Below are positions 38,487 through 49,353 of a DNA stretch of 64,000 nt, piece after piece. The stretch covers positions 1,026,657 through 1,090,656 of the forward strand of contig JBEPZY010000001.1 in NCBI GenBank assembly GCA_041640595.1. The letters are read 5' to 3'. The stretch is from Gemmatales bacterium (GTDB lineage Bacteria; Planctomycetota; Planctomycetia; Gemmatales; HRBIN36). Position 1 is the stretch's first letter. Each line of letters begins with the position of its first letter. The position numbers and the translations under genes were made by a program. Under the pieces are notes generated by a model that made no database searches, was not told the origin of the DNA, and saw nothing but the letters and a program-made list of their open reading frames with translations.

Positions 38487-39518
38487 ATGCTGGAATTTGT
38501 CCGTAGCAACATTTTGCAGATGCGCGGCTATGAGCCTGGCGAACAGCCACAGGACGGCGAATATCTCAAGCTCAACACCAACGAGAATCCGTTTCCACCT
38601 TCTCCACGTGTGGTCGAAGCATTGCGTCAGGCATTGACCGGCGATCGGTTGCGAAAGTATCCCGACCCACTTGGGAGACAGTTCCGTGAAACGGCCGCCC
38701 GAGTCTTTGGTATTCCCGCTGAAGCTATCCTGATTGCGAATGGTTCTGACGACGCCCTGACAATCATCACTCGCACACTCGTGCCCGAACATGGCCGGGT
38801 TCTCTTTCCCACGCCGAGTTATCTGCTTTACGAAACGCTTGCTCAAATTCAGGGGGCTGAAACCCACACCATTCCCTTCACGCCGACGGGGGATTTGAAC
38901 CCGCAGGATGTGCCTGACGGCGTACATCTGAGTTACATTCCGAACCCCAATTCACCGACAGGCACGGTGGTGCCTCGATCACGATTGCATTACTGGCCTA
39001 CACCCCTGGTAATTGATGAGGCCTATGCAGACTTTGCCGACGAAAATTATCTCTCCCTGCCTCTCACGCAAGAAAAAGTGATCGTGACCCGCAGTCTGAG
39101 CAAATCGTATAGCCTGGCCGGCATTCGCTTCGGTTTTGCTGTCGCTCATCCGGAGCTGACCAGGCAGTTTTACAAGGTGAAAGATTCCTATAATTGCGAC
39201 GCGTTAAGTCTGGTTGCGGCGACAGCGGCTATCGAAGACCAGGACTATATGCGGAGCAACGTCGCCCGCATTCGTGCAACACGGCAACGCATTATCCCTC
39301 ACCTGCGGCAGCTCGGCTTCAGCGTGCCGGACAGCCAAGCCAATTTCGTGTGGTGTCGGCATGCTGAGCGGCCCGCCCGTTGGATTTACGAGCAGCTTAA
39401 GGCCCGACGTATCCTGGTACGCTACATGAGCTATCCTGAAATAGATGGCCTGCGGATCACCATCGGGACGGATGCGGATATGGATCGCCTGCTGGACGAA
39501 CTCAGGCGGTTAGTCTAG
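38487..39518 (+). CDS. hisC: histidinol-phosphate aminotransferase
   Basis: LNTNENPFPPSP, and SLSKSYSLAGIRFGF (PLP lysine). Confidence 0.9.
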   Translation: MLEFVRSNILQMRGYEPGEQPQDGEYLKLNTNENPFPPSPRVVEALRQALTGDRLRKYPDPLGRQFRETAARVFGIPAEAILIANGSDDALTIITRTLVPEHGRVLFPTPSYLLYETLAQIQGAETHTIPFTPTGDLNPQDVPDGVHLSYIPNPNSPTGTVVPRSRLHYWPTPLVIDEAYADFADENYLSLPLTQEKVIVTRSLSKSYSLAGIRFGFAVAHPELTRQFYKVKDSYNCDALSLVAATAAIEDQDYMRSNVARIRATRQRIIPHLRQLGFSVPDSQANFVWCRHAERPARWIYEQLKARRILVRYMSYPEIDGLRITIGTDADMDRLLDELRRLV

Positions 39519-39600
39519 CCAGTGCCCCGATTTCAAGCCCGGACGCATCCGTGCCAATGGCGTTCTTCCGATGGTCTGCACACTAGGCGAGAATAACGCT

Positions 39601-40194
39601 ATGGCGCGCCAGGCCCACATACAGCGGCAAACTGCCGAAACGTCTATTGACCTGCTCCTCGATCTCGATGGCACGGGTCGAGCTGAGATTCAGACCGGTA
39701 TTGGTTTTTTCGACCACATGCTCCAGCTTTTGGCCCGCCATGCTCTGTTCGACCTGCGGGTTCAGGCACGTGGGGACCTGCACGTGGATGCTCACCACAC
39801 GGTTGAGGATGTTGGCATCTGTCTGGGTCGGGCTCTCGCAGAAGCGTTAGGCGACAAGACCAACATCCGCCGATATGGTCATGCCCTGGTGCCCATGGAC
39901 GAAACACTGGTGACCGCAGTCGTTGATTTGAGCGGACGGGCTTATTTGGTCTGGCAGGTGGACATGCCCCGACAACAACTGGGCCAGTTCGACAGTGAAT
40001 TGACCCAGGATTTCTGGCAAGCAGTAGTGCAACATGCAGCGATGAATTTACATGTGCTTTGCCACTATGGCCGAAATGTTCACCACATCGTCGAAGCGGT
40101 GTTCAAAGCAGCAGCCCGTGCCTTACGCGATGCCGTCGAAATTGACCCGCGGGGCGGTGGTATTCCCTCGACCAAGGGCAGCCTGACCGGCTAA
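39601..40194 (+). CDS. hisB: imidazoleglycerol-phosphate dehydratase
   Basis: RQTAETSIDLLLDLDG, DAHHTVEDVGI and NVHHIVEAVFKA. Start at ATG 39601. Confidence 0.9.
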   Translation: MARQAHIQRQTAETSIDLLLDLDGTGRAEIQTGIGFFDHMLQLLARHALFDLRVQARGDLHVDAHHTVEDVGICLGRALAEALGDKTNIRRYGHALVPMDETLVTAVVDLSGRAYLVWQVDMPRQQLGQFDSELTQDFWQAVVQHAAMNLHVLCHYGRNVHHIVEAVFKAAARALRDAVEIDPRGGGIPSTKGSLTG

Positions 40195-40326
40195 CCGCCG
40201 GGCTAGCCGTGAAAGATAACTGCCAGGCCAGCCGTGCCTCTGTGTGTCGGTATCCGCCCAGCTTTGGCGAAGCAACAGTCCCACGAACTTGAAGAAAACC
40301 AGGCCCATAGTTGCCAGCCAGCAGCG

Positions 40327-40740
40327 TCACGGCGGCGGCAAATTCGTTTGTCCGTAACTGCGTAATTCCTGCGCTGATTGCAACAATTGTTCGCGGGAGA
40401 TGGCTGGCGGAAGCTGAAGCTGGTAGGTCAACTCCCGGTAATAGCGAATGCGGAAGGGCCAGACCACTTCCGCGAAAAAGTCGAAGGGAAATCGCAAGTA
40501 CCACGGTGGGCGTAGCTCCTGACGAACACGCAACGGTTCGTAACCGTCTTTGCGCAGTACGATTTCGTAGGCCCCATCGTAAACGAACAGGTCATCGGGA
40601 ACGTCAACCGGTGCGGCTCCAATATCGCGATTATTGACGGTGACCAGCGCCCCAGGTGGATCGGAAACGATGGTCAGCCGCCGTTCGACGCACCCATTTA
40701 GTGCCAGCAGGAGGACAATCAGCATCAGGATTCGGCACAT
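40327..40740 (-). CDS. PEGA-domain lipoprotein
   Basis: Lipobox LLLALNGC. The PEGA-like region is IVSDPPGALVTVNNRDIGAAP...YEIVLRKDGYEP. Confidence 0.65.
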   Translation of the reverse strand: MCRILMLIVLLLALNGCVERRLTIVSDPPGALVTVNNRDIGAAPVDVPDDLFVYDGAYEIVLRKDGYEPLRVRQELRPPWYLRFPFDFFAEVVWPFRIRYYRELTYQLQLPPAISREQLLQSAQELRSYGQTNLPPP

Positions 40741-40927
40741 GGTCGCTGGCTTATTTTTGCTCCCGTGGGCAGTCGGTTTCCCGTCTCGGCAACAGTTGGG
40801 CCCAGGCGAATGGCCCCGTGCAGTGAAGTGCCAAGTTGCAACACTTCGCCGACGCATAACGAACCCACCTCTTCCTGTCAAGCACAAGGGCCGCCGGCAT
40901 GATACCTTTGGGTGGTAAGACACCATG

Positions 40928-41446
40928 CTACCGGGCGAGCTCGGAAGTCGGCTTGGGCCACAACAACCAAAGCACCAACCAGGCGACCATAGCAGGAGCG
41001 AAACCGTATTTTCCGAGCATCCACAAACGCCGTTGTGATTCCGCCAAGCGACTTTGTTCCAGCAATTCCCTCCACGTTTCTGGTGTCAGCCGACACAACG
41101 CCACCCCGGCAAACATCAACTTCGGGCCTTCCGGCAACTCCAGGATGACCGATTCTGTGTACACGTCGTAGATGATCTGGCGATCGCGCAGGAATTGTGG
41201 TGTTGGTGTCCAGGAACCATCGGGCCAGACTTGCCGCAACCAGGAGGCAATCTGTTCAGCGGCTTTTTGTTGCGCACACTCGATGGCCTCCTGGCGCCGA
41301 CTGGCCAATTCAGTTCGCTCCACTCGCACCTCCCACGTATAGGCAGTAGTTGTTTCCGCCGCTCCGCCCCGCGCCGACGGAAGCAAAACGATCAGCCCAA
41401 CTCCAAACATGCTCACCCAGGCTGATGGCTTTTTTGACTGACGCAT
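40928..41446 (-). CDS. hypothetical protein with N- and C-terminal hydrophobic segments
   Basis: ATG 41446 (MRQSKKPSAWVSMFGVGLIVLL...). C-terminal segment FAPAMVAWLVLWLLW. No family recognised. Confidence 0.5.
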   Translation of the reverse strand: MRQSKKPSAWVSMFGVGLIVLLPSARGGAAETTTAYTWEVRVERTELASRRQEAIECAQQKAAEQIASWLRQVWPDGSWTPTPQFLRDRQIIYDVYTESVILELPEGPKLMFAGVALCRLTPETWRELLEQSRLAESQRRLWMLGKYGFAPAMVAWLVLWLLWPKPTSELAR

Positions 41447-41590
41447 CCGGCAGCTTGAGTTACGCCATCGCCATCGCATGATCCGCAGTACCTTCTTATT
41501 CACCGGTCCGCCAGATTCTCAGTTTGAGACCGGGCAGAGCAATCGCCGGTGTATCGCCGAAAAGCCGAACCGACACAGTTGTTTCAGGTC

Positions 41591-43168
41591 TCACCGCTGC
41601 ACCCCTTGTCGGGGACTGGCGAGTTGCAGTACGACACTGGTCAAGGCCACGGCTGCGATTTTCGGCCATTCCCGTTCCCACGAAAGTCTTTCCCAGTATT
41701 GCCAGAACCAGACCAGCAGCCCCGCCAGGAAAGCGACAAGGATGACCGGGTCCCATGTAAAGCGTACCCGTCGATCTCGCCGCATCAAATTCTCCCACGG
41801 CGTGAGCAGGAACAATATGCCAAAAAACGCAGCATCCCGCAGTCCGCACCGTGCCATGCTGTAAGCGATTGCCTGCTCTTGCAACTCCAGCGTAGGCAGG
41901 CGAGGCTTTTCCCACAACCAGGCAAAACCAGCAAGCCAGGCACCTGCCACTCCTAGAACCATACCCAGCACCAGTCGGACCAGGCACCGCACCCAGACTT
42001 CCGGAAGCCCCCTGTCCCACCACAGCCGCTGCAGCGACAGCAAGGGCCAGGCACTGAGCAGGGCGAAACTCCCCACCCAAATAAAGGTGTCTGTGGGAAC
42101 GTCCCGGCGTAAATTCCACCCGACCACCGCCATAAATACTGTCAGGATCACCGCACTGATTGCGCTGGCTAGTAAGGAATTCAACAATGCCAGCCCCCGG
42201 CTGGTTGTCGCATCCGCACTGGCATTTGCGCTCGATTTAACAGGAGCCCGACCAGCTGCCGGAGCGGCTTTCGGCCTGTCTGGGGAAATTGGTTTCTGCG
42301 CTGGTTGCATACGATCTGTCGGTTCAGCTCTGGCCGGACTGGCCTGGATTTGTGAAATCGCATCGCACAAATGTTGAGCCAGCTCGCCTACGCTGGTAAA
42401 GCGCGCCCTTGGATCTTTCGCCAGGGCAGTGCGTAAAACCGGCACGACCGCAGCGGGGACCCTCGACCAGTCGGGTTCATCCGTCAAGTGGCGAAGCAGT
42501 ACTTCCTGCACCGATTGGCCCGTAAAAGGCAACTGTCCGGTGAGCAGCTGAAAAGCCAGCACTCCTGCCGCGTACACGTCCACGCCATGGTCGTAGCGGC
42601 CCTGGGCCATCTCCGGAGCCATGTAGTACGCCGTGCCGATAGCGCTATGCTGTTCGCTCATCCTGCCGGCGATCGCTTTGCTCAAACCATAATCACCAAC
42701 CTTGACCCATTCCTCGCGGTCCCAATCGGCCAGGAAAATATTGCTGGGCTTCAGGTCGCGGTGCAGGATACCGTGCTGGTGCAGAAAATCGAGAGCTTTC
42801 GCCAATTGCTGAAACCAGCAGGCCACACGTTCCGGTGACAAACCCTGCGGATGCTGCTGCAAAATTGCCGACCAGGTAGGCCCGGCCAGGTATTCCATGA
42901 TCAACCACCAGTTGCCATCACCTGCCTGACGCAGGTCGTAAACGGTCACCAGATGCGGATGATTCAGATTGAGGCAAGCCTGGATCCCGCGCAATTCGAT
43001 TTCCGGTTCACGGCACAAAAGCTTGAGCGCAACCTCCTTGCCGGCATCGGAAACAGCATAGTACACCTCCCCGAAACCACCGGAGCCCAGACCGTGCTTG
43101 ATGGTGTAAGGCTCAACAGGTCGGCTGCCTGGTGCGTATGCAAACGCCATAGTCGGTCTCCGTAACAT
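41591..43168 (-). CDS. Ser/Thr protein kinase with C-terminal polytopic membrane domain
   Basis: GSGGFGEVY, VALK, HRDLKPSN, DYG and APE motifs, then an Ala/Pro linker and about 6 hydrophobic segments. The start may be ATG 43150. Confidence 0.85.
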   Translation of the reverse strand: MLRRPTMAFAYAPGSRPVEPYTIKHGLGSGGFGEVYYAVSDAGKEVALKLLCREPEIELRGIQACLNLNHPHLVTVYDLRQAGDGNWWLIMEYLAGPTWSAILQQHPQGLSPERVACWFQQLAKALDFLHQHGILHRDLKPSNIFLADWDREEWVKVGDYGLSKAIAGRMSEQHSAIGTAYYMAPEMAQGRYDHGVDVYAAGVLAFQLLTGQLPFTGQSVQEVLLRHLTDEPDWSRVPAAVVPVLRTALAKDPRARFTSVGELAQHLCDAISQIQASPARAEPTDRMQPAQKPISPDRPKAAPAAGRAPVKSSANASADATTSRGLALLNSLLASAISAVILTVFMAVVGWNLRRDVPTDTFIWVGSFALLSAWPLLSLQRLWWDRGLPEVWVRCLVRLVLGMVLGVAGAWLAGFAWLWEKPRLPTLELQEQAIAYSMARCGLRDAAFFGILFLLTPWENLMRRDRRVRFTWDPVILVAFLAGLLVWFWQYWERLSWEREWPKIAAVALTSVVLQLASPRQGVQR

Positions 43169-43389
43169 CCGATGCGTTCCCCGCGAATCGCAAATGTTCC
43201 GTCACTCAATCCCCGCGGAAAAGCACTATTTCCTCGGTTCGAGGTTGTGGGCAGCATGACAAAAAGGTTTCAGCGGCTCGCCTGCTCTGTAAGATTATTC
43301 GCAGCAGGCCGACCATTCTTAGCCACGGATAATTTCAAGGGTGGCATTCACGGCGGGCCTGGCGTTTTCCTAGTCGCCAGTCGGTCAGA

Positions 43390-46026
43390 GTGAACGACAA
43401 TCAATATCAGCTGGCGTCCACGATGCATCCGGCAAACGACATCGAGCGAGCAAACCTGACACCGATGATGCAACAGTATCGGGACATCAAGGCACGCCAT
43501 CCCGATATGTTGCTATTATTCCGGCTGGGCGACTTTTACGAGCTGTTTTACGAGGATGCGTTAACGGCCTCGCGAGTTCTGCAATTGACGCTGACCAGCC
43601 GCGACAAGCAGGTACCGATGGCTGGCTTTCCCCATCATGCACTGGATCAGCAGCTGCGGCGGTTGTTGCAGGCAGGTTTTCGCGTCGCCGTGTGCGAACA
43701 GGTAGAAGACCCAGCGACCGCCAAAGGACTGGTGCGGCGGGAAGTGGTCCGCATTGTTACGCCAGGCACCCTTACCGAAGATGCCCTGCTCGACCCACAG
43801 CGTCCCAATTATCTATCGGCGGTCTGGCCAGGTGAACGCCTTGCCGGTCTGGCCTGGGTAGAGCTTTCCACCGGACAAATGTGGGCCGCTGATCTTCCCA
43901 CCGAACGGCTGGTAGATGAATTGTTACGCCTGGAACCGGCGGAATTAATCCTGCCCGATGGCGCGGTACCTTCCTGGCTGTCGCAGGTGCAGGCACAGTG
44001 GCCGAGCCTGAGCTTGACCTATCGACCGGTCTGGACTTTTGAAATTCGCAGTGCCCTGGAGGCGTTGCGGCAGCAGTTGCGGGTCGTATCGCTGGAAAGT
44101 TTCGGTTTCGAGGAGACGCAAATCTGTTTACAGGCCGCTGGTGCTTTAGTGCGGTATTTACAGGAGACGTTGAAGACTCAGCCGGGACATCTGACCCGGT
44201 TACGCCCTTACCGTAGCGGCGAAGTATTACATCTGGACGCGGTAACGCGTCGAAGCCTGGAACTGGTGCGTACCTTGCGCGAAGGGCGGCGGGAAGGTTC
44301 TTTGCTGGCCGCGATCGATCGCACCGTAACGCCCATGGGGGCTCGATTGTTGCAGGACTGGTTGCTGGCTCCTCTTACCGACCCGCAGGCTATTATTGAT
44401 CGCCTCGATGCCGTTGGCGAATTGAAGGAAAAACCGACCTGGCGGCGACAGATACGCAACCTGCTCGGAAGGCTATACGACTTGCAACGGCTCACCAGCC
44501 GGATCAGCACCGGGCGTGCTTCGCCGCGTGATCTGGTGGCTGTTAGTGCTACCCTGCGAGTTTTGCCGGAGTTGTTAGCGCGTCTGGAGGAAGCCCAGGC
44601 ACCGGCACTGAAACTGATTCGCAGTCAATTGCATCTGTTGCCGGACTTACAAACGGAACTGGAACGCGCTCTGGTTGAGGCACCACCACTCAGCCCGAGG
44701 GAAGGCGGATTAATTCGCGACGGCTATCATGCCGAATTAGACCGACTCCGTGAGCTGTCACGCGGCGGCAAGGCCTGGATAGCTCAATTCCAGGCGCGCG
44801 AAATTGCCCGCACTGGCATCCCGTCGTTAAAAGTCGGATTTAACCGCGTCTTCGGTTACTACATCGAAGTTACTCATGCACATGCTGATAAAATCCCTCC
44901 CGATTACCAGCGCAAGCAGACGCTCAAAAACGCAGAGCGCTACATTACCGAGGAACTCAAACAGTACGAGGACCAGGTGCTACGGGCCGAGGAACGCGCT
45001 TGTGCACTGGAGTATGAGTTGTTCGTGCAACTCCGCGAACGCACCGCCTCCGTAGCACCGCAATTGATTGAAACAGCGGAAGCGCTGGCGCGTTTGGATG
45101 TGCTGGCCGGACTGGCGGAACTGGCCGACCTGAACCATTATTGCCGACCGGAAGTCGTTACCGAACCTGTGCTGTGCCTGCGTAATGCTCGCCATCCCGT
45201 TCTCGAGCAGATTCTGCCCGCCGGCACTTTTGTGCCCAACGATGTCAGCCTGTCGCCAGAAAATGGCTTTCTGTGGCTGATCACCGGACCGAACATGTCC
45301 GGCAAATCCACGTTCATCCGGCAGACGGCCCTGCTCGTGCTTCTGGCCCAGATGGGAAGTTTCGTTCCCGCCGAGAGCGCCCGTGTCGGTATCGTGGATC
45401 GCATTTTCACCCGCGTCGGTGCCAGCGACGACGTGGCTCGAGGCCAGAGCACGTTCCTTGTGGAGATGACAGAAACGGCCAACATCCTGCATAATGCGAC
45501 TCCGCGCAGTCTGGTCATTTTGGACGAAATCGGTCGCGGCACCAGTACCTATGACGGACTGGCAATCGCCTGGGCGGTGGCAGAGTATATCCACAACGTT
45601 ATCGGTTGCCGGACACTTTTCGCCACGCACTACCATGAACTGACCCAGCTAGCAGAAGCCCTGTCGGGACTGCGCAACTACCAGGCCGCGGTACACGAAG
45701 AAAGTGGCAGAATCGTGTTTCTGCATCGTATCCTGTCCGGTGCTGCCGATCGCAGTTACGGTGTGCACGTAGCGGAACTGGCGGGTTTGCCGCAAGCCGT
45801 TATTGCCCGTGCTCGTCAAATCCTGACACGTCTGGAAAGCCAGCATGAAGCCAGCGCAACCGCAGTGCGGCAAAGTCGCCCAGCCCGTGGCTCATGGCGC
45901 TACTCGACCCGGCTCAGCAAAACGGCTCATTCAGCGGAGCTACTATTCAATCTGGGCCACGACTCGGCAAGCGACCCGTTGTATTCCCCAGCGCCCTCGG
46001 AAGCGGAGAGCGAACGGCAGGAGTGA
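43390..46026 (+). CDS. mutS: DNA mismatch repair protein MutS
   Basis: TPMMQQYRDIKARHPD, Walker A GPNMSGKST, and STFLVEM. 878 aa. Confidence 0.95.
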   Translation: MNDNQYQLASTMHPANDIERANLTPMMQQYRDIKARHPDMLLLFRLGDFYELFYEDALTASRVLQLTLTSRDKQVPMAGFPHHALDQQLRRLLQAGFRVAVCEQVEDPATAKGLVRREVVRIVTPGTLTEDALLDPQRPNYLSAVWPGERLAGLAWVELSTGQMWAADLPTERLVDELLRLEPAELILPDGAVPSWLSQVQAQWPSLSLTYRPVWTFEIRSALEALRQQLRVVSLESFGFEETQICLQAAGALVRYLQETLKTQPGHLTRLRPYRSGEVLHLDAVTRRSLELVRTLREGRREGSLLAAIDRTVTPMGARLLQDWLLAPLTDPQAIIDRLDAVGELKEKPTWRRQIRNLLGRLYDLQRLTSRISTGRASPRDLVAVSATLRVLPELLARLEEAQAPALKLIRSQLHLLPDLQTELERALVEAPPLSPREGGLIRDGYHAELDRLRELSRGGKAWIAQFQAREIARTGIPSLKVGFNRVFGYYIEVTHAHADKIPPDYQRKQTLKNAERYITEELKQYEDQVLRAEERACALEYELFVQLRERTASVAPQLIETAEALARLDVLAGLAELADLNHYCRPEVVTEPVLCLRNARHPVLEQILPAGTFVPNDVSLSPENGFLWLITGPNMSGKSTFIRQTALLVLLAQMGSFVPAESARVGIVDRIFTRVGASDDVARGQSTFLVEMTETANILHNATPRSLVILDEIGRGTSTYDGLAIAWAVAEYIHNVIGCRTLFATHYHELTQLAEALSGLRNYQAAVHEESGRIVFLHRILSGAADRSYGVHVAELAGLPQAVIARARQILTRLESQHEASATAVRQSRPARGSWRYSTRLSKTAHSAELLFNLGHDSASDPLYSPAPSEAESERQE

Positions 46027-46031
46027 TTGGT

Positions 46032-46808
46032 ATGAGCGAACTTGTTGTAACACATATCGAGAAACCGGCTACCATCATAACGTTGAACCGGCCCGACAAA
46101 CGTAACGCTCTCAATCGTGCCCTGGTAACAGCGTTGACGGAAGCATTTCAACGGGCGATTGCCGAGCCACACAGCCGGGCGATTATTCTCACGGCTAACG
46201 GCCCGGCTTTTTGCGCAGGCATGGATTTGCAGGAACTGGCAGACACTCTCGACAGCCCCAACGAAGCAGAGCAGGTGCACGCCGACACACAACGCCTGGC
46301 TCAACTGTACGAACTCATCTACACCTGTCCCAAACCCACGATTGCTGCGGTGCCGGGCCCGGCAGTGGCTGGTGGGGCAGGTCTGGTGGCCGTTTGCGAT
46401 CTGGCCATCGCTTCACCGCGAGCTAGTTTCGGCTATCCGGAAGTGCGTCGGGGTCTGGTGGCCGCGATGGTATTGCCTCACTTATTGCGGCTGGTCGGTG
46501 AACGGATTGCCCGGGAGTTACTGCTAGGCGGCGAACTGATAGATGCTCAGCGGGCGTATCAGGTGGGTCTGGTAAATGCTGTTGTCCGTGAAGAAGACTT
46601 GCTGCCGACGGCTCTGGAGTGGGCACGCCGTTGCGCTCTGGGCGGACCACAAGCCCTGGCCAGAACCAAGGAGTTACTGCGCAGGTTTTCTCCTTTTGCC
46701 TCATCGGCGCAGGCGGTGAACGAGAGCGCTACCGCTCGCCTGCAGGTCGAATGTCGGACAGGATTGCGTGCCTTTCTGGAGAAACGTCCCGCTCCCTGGG
46801 TAGATTAA
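46032..46808 (+). CDS. enoyl-CoA hydratase/isomerase (crotonase) family protein
   Basis: From ATG 46032: ITLNRPDKRNALN, FCAGMDL and PGPAVAGGAGL. Confidence 0.85.
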   Translation: MSELVVTHIEKPATIITLNRPDKRNALNRALVTALTEAFQRAIAEPHSRAIILTANGPAFCAGMDLQELADTLDSPNEAEQVHADTQRLAQLYELIYTCPKPTIAAVPGPAVAGGAGLVAVCDLAIASPRASFGYPEVRRGLVAAMVLPHLLRLVGERIARELLLGGELIDAQRAYQVGLVNAVVREEDLLPTALEWARRCALGGPQALARTKELLRRFSPFASSAQAVNESATARLQVECRTGLRAFLEKRPAPWVD

Positions 46809-46940
46809 CAATGGAGCCAGTCCGCCAGGAGCAGCAGGAAACTTTGCCCTACGCGGCGCATTGGGTGCAGGACGAACTAGCATTTTCCTAAAGCCAGACG
46901 GTTTGTAAGCTCCCCTGCAGGTCAGCCGGAGGAAGAAACG

Positions 46941-48617
46941 ATGGCGGGGTCTCCCTGGGTAGATGGATTGACCTTTGGGCAGGTTCTCGAAAGTACGGTG
47001 CGACGCTGGCCCGACGGTGAAGCAATGGTCTTTCCTCAGCTGGGCTACCGTTGCCGCTGGCGAGAGTTTGCAGAAGAAGTAGAGCGCGCTGCTCGATCGC
47101 TGTTGGCTCTCGGTGTGCAACCGCAGGAACATATCGGCATTTGGGCCACCAATTGGCCGCAGTGGGTGATCTTACAATTCGCCACCGCTACCGTGGGGGC
47201 AGTGCTGGTTAACATCAACCCCGCCTACCGCTCGCATGAACTCGAATACGTCCTCAACCAGGCCGACATCACCACACTCTTTCTTACCGACCGCTTCAAA
47301 CAGTCGGATTACTTTGCCATCCTGGCGGAGTTGTGCCCGGAATTGCACCAGCACCCGTTAACGGATCGCCCAGCCGTTCGTTGCCCGCGATTGCGACGGG
47401 TCATCAGCATTCAATCCTCGAAATTGCCAGGGATGTACAACTGGCAGGAATTCCTGGCACTCGCCGACAGAGTTTCCCCCGAGGCAGTTCGTCAGCGTGC
47501 CGCATCGGTTCAACCTCACGACGTGGTGAATATCCAGTACACCTCTGGTACCACAGGCTTCCCGAAAGGTGCAATGCTAACGCACCGAAATTTGCTGATG
47601 AACGCCTACTACGTCGGGGAGCGCCTGGCCATGACCGAAAAAGACCGACTGTGCATACCCGTCCCATTTTATCACTGTTTCGGCTGTGTTATGGGTACGC
47701 TGATGTGCGTCATTTACGGAACGACGATGGTGATACCTGCCGAGGTGTTTGATCCCCTGGCTACCTTACAGGCAATCCAGCAGGAACGTTGCACGGCTGT
47801 GTACGGAGTTCCGACGATGTTTCTGGCGGAGCTGAATCATCCCCGCTTTGGCGAATTTGACCTGCGAAGTTTACGCACCGGCATCATGGCTGGCAGCCCG
47901 TGTCCAATCGAACTGATGCGGCAGGTCGTCGAAAAAATGGAGTGTCGCGAAATCACCATTGCGTATGGCCTGACCGAGGCCTCGCCAGTAATCACCCAAA
48001 CACGCACCACCGATAGCCTGGAACATCGCGTCGGTACCGTTGGCCAACCTTTGCCGGGACTGGAGGTGCGAATTGTGCGGCCGGGAACCTGGGAAGATGT
48101 GCCTGTTGGCCAGCCCGGAGAATTGGTCGTTCGCGGTCACAGTGTCATGAAAGGTTATTACAACAAGCCGAAAGAAACTGCCGAAGTGCTGAGCCCCGAT
48201 GGTTGGCTTCGCACCGGTGATCTGGCCACGCAAACCCCCGATGGCTATTTCCGCATCACCGGGCGTATCAAAGACATGATTATTCGCGGTGGCGAGAACA
48301 TTTATCCGCGGGAGATCGAAGAATTCCTGCTTCAGCACCCGCAGATTCTCGACGTGCAGGTGGTCGGGTTGCCGGACGAAAAATACGGCGAGGAGGTCAG
48401 TGCCTGGATACGATTGCGGCCTGGAGCCACGCTTACGGAAGAGCAGGTTCGGGAATTTTGCCGGGGCCGAATCGCCCACTACAAGATTCCCCGCTACGTC
48501 GTTTTCGTAGAACAGTACCCCACGACCGTTACCGGCAAAATCCAGAAATTCAAACTCCGGGAAATGGGCATCCAGCGTTTCGGTTTGGAACGCGCTGCCC
48601 GTATCGAGACCGCCTGA
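46941..48617 (+). CDS. AMP-dependent acyl-CoA synthetase/ligase
   Basis: IQYTSGTTGFPKGAMLTH, YGLTE, TGDL and RIKDMIIRGGENIYP motifs. GGAGGA precedes the ATG. Confidence 0.9.
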   Translation: MAGSPWVDGLTFGQVLESTVRRWPDGEAMVFPQLGYRCRWREFAEEVERAARSLLALGVQPQEHIGIWATNWPQWVILQFATATVGAVLVNINPAYRSHELEYVLNQADITTLFLTDRFKQSDYFAILAELCPELHQHPLTDRPAVRCPRLRRVISIQSSKLPGMYNWQEFLALADRVSPEAVRQRAASVQPHDVVNIQYTSGTTGFPKGAMLTHRNLLMNAYYVGERLAMTEKDRLCIPVPFYHCFGCVMGTLMCVIYGTTMVIPAEVFDPLATLQAIQQERCTAVYGVPTMFLAELNHPRFGEFDLRSLRTGIMAGSPCPIELMRQVVEKMECREITIAYGLTEASPVITQTRTTDSLEHRVGTVGQPLPGLEVRIVRPGTWEDVPVGQPGELVVRGHSVMKGYYNKPKETAEVLSPDGWLRTGDLATQTPDGYFRITGRIKDMIIRGGENIYPREIEEFLLQHPQILDVQVVGLPDEKYGEEVSAWIRLRPGATLTEEQVREFCRGRIAHYKIPRYVVFVEQYPTTVTGKIQKFKLREMGIQRFGLERAARIETA

Positions 48618-48726
48618 TTACAGCGGTTCGCTCGACGCTTGTGATAGATGATCTGCAGCCCACAAAGGACGCACTCAGGCCGTTGATGCAGTTACCTGAA
48701 ATCGCAACCGGATGCAGTAACCGCAA

Positions 48727-49011
48727 TCACGCCACTGGTGGGTTGCTTTCCTCAAATTTCGGTGCTGTCGGGGTAATCCGTTGCGGGGGCGCCGGAGGCT
48801 CGGTGCGATTACTCACACTTGGGCCGTAGCTGGTTGGTGCCGGTGGCTCCACATCTTCTTCGATGCCTCGCAATCCTTTCTTGAACTCGACGATGCCCTT
48901 GCCGAGATAGCGACCGACTTCCGGCAACCGTCGCCCAAACAGCAATACGCCCACGATCAGGATGATAATCAGCTCCGGTGTTCCCAGGTTGAACGCAAGC
49001 GGCCAGTGCAT
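48727..49011 (-). CDS. tatA: twin-arginine translocase subunit TatA/E
   Basis: LGTPELIIILIVGVLLFGRRLPEVGRYLGKGIVEFKKG. Confidence 0.85.
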   Translation of the reverse strand: MHWPLAFNLGTPELIIILIVGVLLFGRRLPEVGRYLGKGIVEFKKGLRGIEEDVEPPAPTSYGPSVSNRTEPPAPPQRITPTAPKFEESNPPVA

Positions 49012-49353
49012 AGGTCTCTCTCCTCAGTACAGTCCAGTTTCTCGCAGTGAGCCAGAGGCGACCTGCCAGGCGCTGTCTTCGCCCGGCTCTGTTAGTAGTA
49101 TACGCGCCAAAGGGCGGATTGTTCAGTGCTTAAACCTGTCCCGCATGGAGGGCTGCGCCGGAAGGGCCATGCAACGATTATTAACCCCCGGGCTCCGTTC
49201 GCATTCCCATTGCTCCAGGCGGTAGTTGCCCGCAACAACGCGCGAACACTCCGCAGACCACATCGCAGCGCTCGCCGACACAGGCTTGGTCGCAGCTAGG
49301 AAAATAATGGTGAAGCCATAGCAAGAACCTCCGCCGATATTCTGGCATCGCCC

